This document shows, in pieces, positions 54,648 to 64,000 of a stretch of 64,000 bases of DNA. The stretch spans positions 30,814,001-30,878,000 of the forward strand of contig OX597824.1 of the NCBI GenBank assembly GCA_951406725.2, given 5' to 3'. The notes beneath the pieces were generated by a model that saw only the letters and a list, made by a program, of their open reading frames with translations, was not told where the DNA came from and searched no databases. Every line of letters starts with the position of its first letter. Positions within the stretch are counted from its first letter, which is position 1. The translations under genes and the position numbers were made by a program. This stretch comes from Octopus vulgaris (Eukaryota).

Positions 54648-57600
54648 TCTCAGGCGAAAATGTCAAGGAACTGGTCTACAAGGGAGTTGCAATTGTTCGT
54701 CTGCGCCTGGAAGATTGCCAAGAGTGACCCGCCAAACAATGTCATTGCAGCGGCGCTTAAGAGCAATGATTTTTCCAGGACCACCGCCCAGATAGAGCGA
54801 AAGAAAAGAGAATTCCTCCGTTCATACGCTCTAATCAGGCAACACATGGACACTCTGGATATCATCCTAGGAGGTGACTGCACCAGGGAAGACCAAAAGG
54901 ATGGAGAAAGCATCCAGGACCCAACAAAAAACACAACCGAGAAACCTGCAACCAAGGGAAACAATGGCACATGTCCAGCTCCCAACACAACTGAAGACCA
55001 AAGAGGTGCGATGGCCGCCAAAAAATGAAAGCACCCTAAAATCGACGGAAAACAAGAAGTAAAAGACAAGAAAACTAAAATAAACACTGTTCAGAAAAAA
55101 ACAGAAGAACCCCAGCAAGAGCTACACGGGCAAAAGCAGAAACATCTGCAAATTCTACCTGAAGGGAGACTGCTGGCATGGCGATGATGGTGCAAACTGT
55201 CGTTTTGCACATCAGAAGCCCTGCCAAAACCGCATGGACACAAGACAAAAATCCCTCCCCCGGGAGAACAAAAAGAAAAAGAAAAATATAAAAGAAGGAA
55301 AAATGGCGCATTGACCACTCCTGAAAGACGATATGCGGATGTAGTGCGCGGTCCAAAAAAGATATTGTATAGCCCAACAAATGGTCAGCTTCACCCAGAT
55401 GTGAGAAGGGCAGCAGCTGAACAGCAATCTTTTTTATGCATGGCACAAAAAATTGTTCAGCAGCTGACCTGGCTACAAACACAAAGCTGGAACTATCACC
55501 ACATAAGGCCACCACCAACAGATGCAGGATGGCCACCACAGACACCAACACACACACCACAAAAATATTTCTACTGAACGTAGGAGGGCTGCTGCGCAGC
55601 AACTGTAAAAGGAAAATATCATTCCTGAGAGACCTTGTGGCATGCAATCAAGCTATATGCATGGCACTCATAGAAACGCATCTTGGACCCGATATAGGGG
55701 ATGCAGAAATCCACATACCGCAACATGCTGTCATACGCTCAGATAGAAAAGGGAGGAGCCATGGTGGAGTTGCAATATACATCCGAAATGACCTCACGGC
55801 CCAGGTCCTGTTGTCATATTCAAACTCAGTGTGTGACACTCAAATTGTACACATAAGACAACTGAATATCGTCATATGTACTACATGTCGCCCACCGGAT
55901 GCCCCAAATCATACAGGCATGTTTGAAGACTGCCTAACAAAAATAGAAGTTCTCACCAACCTGGAACAACACAACAGTGTATTCTTCATGGGTGACTTTA
56001 ACTTCCCCAATGTGGAATGGCTTGAGGGGGCAGATGCTCCCAGAGATGACACACCATCAGTAGACACAGGCAGAGTCTCTGCTCCATCTCACAAATGCCT
56101 CTTTCATGGAGCAAATAGTGCTGCAACCAACAAGGGCAGATAATATACTGGATCTCTGCTTCACAAACAATATGGATATTATGCATAATGTTAAAGTGAT
56201 GCCGACAATGACCTCTAATCACAACATAATAGAGCTGTCTATGAATGGACCAAAAGCCCCCGCAGACACACAGCCTATACGAAGCATCCACAATCTCTCC
56301 AACTTAAACTTTCGTAAAGCAAATTGGAAGTTGATCGAGAAAGGGATCCTCAAACAGGATTGGCCTAAATGTCTCTCCACACTGGACATTGACATGAAAC
56401 ACAAATGCTTCATGTCCATAATACAAGCCATATGTGACAAATATGTCCCAGTGTGCAGGGCCAGCACACACAAAAACAAAAACAGGGTCCCTAGAGAAAG
56501 GAAGATTCTTATGAGACGACGGACAAGGATTGCAAACCGCCTGAACAAGCACACCAAAAGTAGTGAGAAGTCTCGGCTCGAGAGAATGCTAATGGAAATT
56601 GAGAAAAGTGTGCATCAGTCTCATGAAAAGGAGAGAGCAGATAAAGAAGCTTGGGTAATAGGAAATATAAAGTCAAACCCTAAAGCTTTCTTTAAGTTTG
56701 CCAAAGAGACAGCCACAGTGCTCCAGAGAATAGGACCTCTCTTCCAAAAAGATGGCTCCCTCACAGGAAATCCCACGAGGATAAGTGAAATACTGAACGA
56801 ACAGTTCCAAAGTGTGTTCACTACACCTCTAGGACACAGGCAAGTAAACAACCCAGAAGAATTCTTTGTCACTTTACCTGCGGCCAAAGAGGCAAAAATT
56901 GAGTACATCAACATGGAAGATGATGATATCACGCTAGCCATAGATGAGATTGACACAAACTCAGCTGCTGGACCTGATGGATTTCCAGCGATCCTTCTCA
57001 AATCGTGCAAACGAGCCCTTGCAAAACCGCTACAGCTTCTTTTTCAGAGCTTTCTTGCAAGTGGTAAGCTCCCAGTTAAATTGAAAGAGGGGGTAATATG
57101 CCCTATCCATAAGGGAGGAAGCAGAGCAGATGCTAAAAATTATAGGCCTATCTCTCTGACCTCACACATCAGCAAAGTCATGGAACGAATAGTCCGCCAG
57201 AAACTAATCATGTTCCTTGAAGAAAATGACTTGCTGACTGACACCCAGCATGGATTTCGACCAGGTAGAAGCTGCCTAACACAGCTCCTGCAACACTATG
57301 ACTGGGTGTTAAAACAGCTACTAAATGGCTCAAATGTGGATGTGATATATCTCGACCTTGCAAAAGCCTTTGATAAAGTCGACCACGGTATGATTTGTCA
57401 CAAACTGCGTGGTCTGGGCATAGGCGGAAAACTTGGAGAGTGGCTGCACAAGATGGAAGGCAGGCAGTTGTGGCCAATGGAGCCACCTCCAAGGAAACAC
57501 AAATAACAAGCGGTGTTCTACAGAGCACTGTCTTGGGGCCACTGTTGTTCATAGTGGCCCTTTCAGACATGCCTTCAGTTTCTAAGATGGCCACCCTTGC

Positions 57601-58584
57601 TAGCTATGCAGATGACACAAAAGTCTCCCACACAATACAAAACCCTGGTAATATTGCACATCTGCAACAGGAGTTGGATACAATATACAGTTGGGCTGAG
57701 GACAACAACATGCAGTTTAATCCAGGCCCTGCGCTACCGGCACACAAAGGTAAACGACATGCAGACTGGATGCACTGGCCCGGGAAGAATTGCAATCCCT
57801 GAGTCAAAATAGTGCGTGATCTGGGCGTTGACATGAGCAATGATGCATCTTTCCAAGTGCATATTACTAATTTGGTGATAAAATGCAGACGGCTAGCTGG
57901 ATGGATTCTCCGAACTTTCAGAACAAGAGAAAAGGAGACACTGATGATCATATGGAAAACTTTCGTCCTCAGCCGTTTGGACTACTGCTCCCAACTATGG
58001 TCACCACACAATATAAAACTAACACCATAACTTGAAGCAATTCAAAGAAGCTACACAAAGAAGATCGTCTCAATGCAACATATCAGCTACTGGGAAAGAC
58101 TGAAAGTATTAAAACTCTTCTCCCTAGAGCGAAGACGGGAGAGATATGCGCTGATATACATCTGGAAAATCCTGGTGGGTCTTGCCCCAAACTTTGGCAT
58201 TCAAAGTTACCCCAACCGCAGAACGGGGCGCCACGCATGGTGCCAAACATTCCAGCATCACCATCAAAATACAGGACCAGATACTGCAACAGCTTGGGTT
58301 TCAGAGAACCACAGCTCTTTAACATCCTCCCTAAATGCCTGAAAGACTTGCATGGTGTGGATGTGGGTTTCTTTAAAACTATACTGGATCTCTTCTTGTC
58401 GGGGGTCCCAGATGAACCTACCTCACGACAGAAGGCACAGATGCGGGCAGCAGCATCGAACTCCCTTGTTGACCAAGTGCCATGTATCAGAGGTGGATTC
58501 ACATATTAGTGTAGCTCATTCAGCGGTGGTGCCCCAGCATGGCCGCAGCCTTCGGGCTGAGACATTTTTAAGGATTTAAGAATT

Positions 58585-58585
<1 letters not shown>
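54648..58585 (+). mobile_element. CR1/L2-group LINE (duplicate)
   Basis: Copy of 39372-43310 with the same frameshifts. Confidence 0.9.
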
Positions 58586-58640
<55 letters not shown>

Positions 58641-58830
58641 TAGAGTTTACAAAAAAACAAAAGACGAAGACAGGTGGTGTACAAAACAAACAGATGTATT
58701 AGTATAACGCTCAGGAATATAAAAAGTATTTTACGTTTCGAGGCTACGCTCTTCTACAGAAAGGGACACAGAAAAAACAAGGAAAAAACAAGGAAAGAAA
58801 AAAATGTGTGTAGTGGCTAACGATCTATCA

Positions 58831-58897
<67 letters not shown>

Positions 58898-59047
58898 GTA
58901 TATATATATATAAGTGTATGTATATATATATACATGCATATATATATATACACACATACATATATACCATGTTATATATAGATATATAGGTATGTGTGTA
59001 TGTATATATATGTCTCTCTCTATATATATATATTTATATTCTGGATC

Positions 59048-59127
<80 letters not shown>

Positions 59128-60124
59128 TCATATCTACATCTAAAACTATCTATCTATTTATCAATCTCTATCTATTTATTCCTGTGTATATATTGCATTT
59201 CGAGATGGTCGTTATTTTTTGTTTATTACTGTTCATGTTTTAGATTATGTCCATTGTCTGGAAATCTTTCGTCATACATCTATGCCCTCTTCAGTGACAC
59301 TTCAGTGACATACAAAAAATTGTAATTCTATGAGTGACAAGATCTAATGCTACGACTTCATTATAATTTTTATTTTTTGACCCCACTTTGACCCCGCTCA
59401 ACGTTGCCTAAATCTGTAGAATAATAGAAATGTAAGCAATTACAAAGTATTTTGAATATTTGCTTTAAAAAGAATTGTTGAGGAATGGTATCAGACATGT
59501 CCAACATCATATTTGACTGGAATTTATTTGTCAGTTTCTTCATCGTTTCGCTCAACCATACCAGTATAACAGGTCTCGTCTGCTATGGATTTAGATATGA
59601 ACTGAAAAGCAATATGTTTCAAAATTTTTATTATGTTTTTATTCTATTGATTAAATTTGTGATTTTCAGGGCATTAATTGAAGTTTTCTTGTACAATTTA
59701 GGTTTCTGTTGACGGGCAGATTAAGAAAATATTCACAAATCGACATCCTGTCTTAGGGGGACGCCTGAAGATTATAGGAGATATTGAGATCATGTCCGTC
59801 GAAATTAAGTAAAACTTTGTTCAAAACTGCCTATCCTTCTTCTAGGTCCAGAGAAAATAACAGACATTAATGTATTTCGAAACACTTTACCTTTTATAGA
59901 ATAGAAACGATTCGTTAATAGTAGAGATGATGAAGCCTCTAAATAAATTTGTGATTCTTTCTTCGTACGAGGAACGTGATCTTGTTTGTTTTGATTTTTT
60001 ACGCAAGTGTATTCCAAACATTGTATGATACATACATACATACATACATACATACATACATACATACATACATACATACATACATACATACATACATACA
60101 TACATACATACATACATGCATGCA

Positions 60125-61322
60125 TACACCAAAAAATATTACAGCTGAATAAAGAAAATCTGGACCTCAGAACTCTCTGCATTCAATAAAACAGTGTCTC
60201 ACAAGGTGTTTGCAGTGCCAGTACTTATACCAACATTTGGGCAGCTTGATTGGATTCTTGATGAGATCCGAGCCATTGATGGGGAAACCCGAAAAATACT
60301 AACAGGTACACATAATTTCCACATAAACAGTTATGTAGATCGCCTCTACCTAAAACGAAAACAAAGCGACAGAGGTTTAACATCGATCCAAAATGCCTTC
60401 GAATGTCGAATCATATCCCTTCGGTAACATCTTTTAATCATCAAATGTCGAAGTGCATCCCTTGACCAAGTCTGCATACATGAGACTGATAACAGCATGA
60501 GACTTGAAAGGCAGCTTCTTGAGCAACATTCCTTGTCTGATAACCTAGAAGACATGCTCAAAGAAGTCGCACCACTCTACCGCAGCGTATCATCAAGTGA
60601 AAGGATGAGCCTATATGAGCAGAAGACTATGCATGGATACGTTAGTAGAAAGTTCCGAAATGATAGTAATATTGGTCATCAAAGCAGTCTATTATGGACC
60701 AATATCTGGATTACTACCTCCCACTTTGAAGGGTATGCGTGGGCAATCGAGTAACAAGAAATATCAACCAAATACCTGATGTACAAAGGGGATAGAGATG
60801 CAGGAAAAGCAGTAAAATGTGACAACTAATGCAGACTTTGTGGAGTTCACACAGAAGATATCACCCACATCATAAGCAGTTGTCGGAAAATAACATCATG
60901 GTATAATCTACAGTTACTCTATCCAGATTACAAGTTCAGGTCTATACCTGTAATTATTGGGGTCCTGGGATATGCAACACACTGCATAAATATCAGTCTT
61001 GGGAAATTAAGCTTCTTAAAAACAGAAAGGAGAAAGTTAATTCGAAGACTACCGATCTAATCCATCACTGGAACATTAAAAATCTATAAAACTTTCCGGA
61101 AGTTAATCATTTAAATATATATGAGCATGTCTAGATATGCAACAATATGCATGAGAAAACATTTATAAAACAAAACATACATATCTTCACACATAAATAC
61201 ATACATAGAAACAAGAATGCCCTGTTGTTGATGTTGGAATTCCAATGAAGGAGCCTTAGATCTAGGTTAGAAACCGACTCTTTCTCTATTGGCATAAAAT
61301 CTTGAAATAAAACTGAACAATG
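60125..61322 (+). mobile_element. R4/Dong-like LINE 3' part including zinc knuckle and 3' UTR
   Basis: Continues past the duplication end: CRLCGVHTEDITHIISSC (CCHC), then IPVIIGVLG; internal deletion of the endonuclease core. Confidence 0.75.
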
Positions 61323-61443
61323 ACATACGTATATAAATACATGCATATATACACACATACATACATGCCCATACATACACACGTACGTACATACGAGATT
61401 TGGTTGTTTACAATATTGCAGGTGTTCTACACATACATATACA

Positions 61444-61501
<58 letters not shown>

Positions 61502-61510
61502 CATACATAC

Positions 61511-61565
<55 letters not shown>

Positions 61566-61752
61566 TAGCTGAAGGGACCCGCTCTACGCGCGGGTAAGAG
61601 CGTGGTATATATATATAAATGTATACAAATTATATATATATATATATATTTCAACAATTGAGGGTAAAATTAATTAATTATTAATTAATTTCACCAAGTG
61701 TTCAGTATGCAAAGGGACCATTTAAGGCGAATTCAAATTATTACAATATATA

Positions 61753-62088
61753 AAAGGGCTTAGTAAAATAAATTACTTTGCCGCATACTGAACTCATTAG
61801 AAATAGCAGCTAAAAAACTTTTTAAAAACCATTTCCAATACTTAAAGAAAATCTCTCTCGTATAGTGTTTGGTCAACTCAACTCACGAAAGTTTGGGGTA
61901 AAGACATAAAAAAAGACCTTTGCATTTGATTTTTTTATGTCTTTACCCCCAAACTTTCGTGAGTTGAGTTGACCAAACACTATACGAGAGAGATTTTCTT
62001 TAAGTATTGGAAATGGTTTTTAAAAAGTTTTTTAGCTGCTATTTCTAATGAGTTCAGTATGCGGCAAAGTAATTTATTTTACTAAGCC

Positions 62089-62092
<4 letters not shown>
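61753..62092. repeat. Fold-back inverted repeat, ~162-bp arms, 15-bp spacer
   Basis: 61753-61914 is the near-perfect reverse complement of 61930-62092; bordered by (TA)n. Confidence 0.9.
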
Positions 62093-62155
<63 letters not shown>

Positions 62156-63030
62156 TATATGCACTTTGTATATATAAAAATTATTATATATACATATTTA
62201 TATATAGATACACACACACACATATATAAATTAACCCAATAAATATCTGATTCATAATATTTGTTGTCATGATTGAGTGGTTGTTGTGGCGATGATAATT
62301 CTCTCTATGAATGCAGACAGATGTAGAGAGTGAGAGTGTGTGAAAGCGATGTGGAAGGCAGGGAGGGGGATAACGGACGCTGTGAAACGACGTTATAAGG
62401 AGAAAGTGAATGTAAGGGAGGTAGACGCTGTGAAACGACGTTATAGATAGAATGTGAAAGGAAGGGAGAAAAGTGAGTGAGTGATGGAGGAAGACAGATA
62501 CATAAAAGAATGTGAGTGTTGGACGTTTTGTTTGTTGGACCAATGTATTAAGGTAGTATTGTTTTATTGTTTTAAAACGAAAGAGGCAATGTGTTTGTTT
62601 CAAAAATAAAAAAATCTGTAATAGTGAATGAAATTAGAATTCACACCCAGCTCAGTTTTGTAGAAAGAGTATCACGACGTGAACTCATGAGTTGGGAGTT
62701 TGACTGAGAGAGTTTATATGGTGCCACATGCCAGTCCTTTCGACACCACCTAAACAATGGAATAGTGTATACAATGTAATTAACAACTCATTCACTTTAT
62801 GAATGTCTTATGTTAGCGAAGAAACAATAACTTGACAAAACCGTTTAATGGAGACGTAGAAGGAATTGGAAAATGAGGAATAAAGAGAATGAGTTGGATC
62901 AAATGTTTGCAAACATCTGAACCCAATGTTCTTTATGAACCATGTTCTTTTTAATGTCTTTATTTTCAAGAATGAAGAGATAATGAAGAGGTGCAAAATA
63001 AAAACTCAAGCAAAATTTCATGACTTACAA

Positions 63031-64000
63031 TCAGTTTTCTTTTGTCAGAGCCTCCTGATAAACCACGTTCCTTGTGCGCTCATGATTGCCAAGAATGAAG
63101 AGTTTATGTGGATTTCCAACTCGAGAACAGGCTACGTACAATTGACCATGACTGAAAACCGGTTGTGACAGGTTAATGCCTACAATGTCCAGTGATTGTC
63201 CCTGTGACTTGTTGATTGTCATCGCGAATCATAGTTTTATCGGAAATTGAAAGCGTTTAAACTGAATGGGAACATCAGAGGGTGAAATACTCATTTTATG
63301 TATCATCTTGATTGTTCCTACAAATGGTCCACTCAAAATTTCAGCAGTTATAACATGGCTTTGAATCCTCCTTATAACCATTCGGGTTCCATTGCATATT
63401 TCAGGCGTTTCCATATTTCTGAGCACCATGATTGGAGCACCAACTTTCAAACACAAATGATGAGGTGGAAGTCCCGGAGGTGTTAGCTTGTTGAGTAGCT
63501 CGGGTGGATATTTGACTGCATCATTCTCATCTTTATTTGTATCGATGGACATGAAAGAAACTATCTCACCAGGAATGATATCAAGTACTTGTTTATTTGT
63601 AGCATCAGCTGTTGTATTATGAGGCGATAGAATAGCTCTTGCTCTTAGCCAATCGAGATCCTGGAAGTTGGTTTCGATGTCAGGTAAAACGGCTCTTATA
63701 AGTTCCTCTACATTTGGAACGAAATTCCCAAAAGGCAACCGAATATGCTCATCATCAACGAAAGGCAAAACTCCATCACCAAGATCTAATAGGTGTTTTG
63801 CGAAAGCCTCAGACTCCACATCACCATGTAGGTGGGCTCTCATGTTTGTTTGAAGATGGCGACTGATAACACTGTGCCACACATAAGAATGCTTTATACA
63901 TGCATTAACCTCATCGGCTCTAGTGCCTGCTCGGACAACAGGAAGAGTTTGTCGAAAATCTCCTGCCATGAGAAACGTAGCTCCACCCATTATTTTTGTA
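63031..64000 (-). pseudogene. Helitron RepHel PIF1-family helicase C-terminal domain
   Basis: [58 protein letters not shown]; single in-frame TGA at 63229-63231. Confidence 0.9.

Larger units (their letters stand above)
45562..60844 (+). repeat. 15.28-kb tandem segmental duplication, copy 2
   Basis: Junction ctttgtgga|attcattttaatgtcccg at 45562. Confidence 0.95.
61565..64000 (-). mobile_element. Helitron, 3' part (continues beyond the window)
   Basis: Minus-strand terminus: hairpin ACCCGC-gcgtaga-GCGGGT, then CTAG|T at 61565-61568; PIF1 helicase upstream on the same strand. Confidence 0.85.

Overview
AT-rich, microsatellite-dense animal genomic DNA. The SINE, LINE and Penelope repertoire suggests a cephalopod (octopus-like); this is an inference. 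Most long ORFs in the track are microsatellite artefacts or transposon remnants: Penelope-like elements (PLEs), an RTE LINE, a CR1/L2-group LINE, an R4-like LINE, mariner, Tc1, a pogo element with intact TIRs, a Helitron with a PIF1 helicase, and tRNA-derived SINEs. Four things are not shown by the ORF track. (1) A + strand gene built from serially duplicated short phase-0 exons (54-78 nt, nine intact plus one pseudoexon, 261-23975) encodes a Lys/Asp/Glu-rich ~21-aa repeat protein. (2) A probable second gene starts at 29535 with a signal-peptide-like exon followed by 23-nt and 33-nt microexons. (3) A near-identical ~15.27-kb tandem duplication (30293-45562 / 45562-60844) copies those microexons. 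(4) There is a dense set of hammerhead-ribozyme motifs from several unrelated PLE families, including a 142-bp-arm fold-back with a complete type I hammerhead on each strand.
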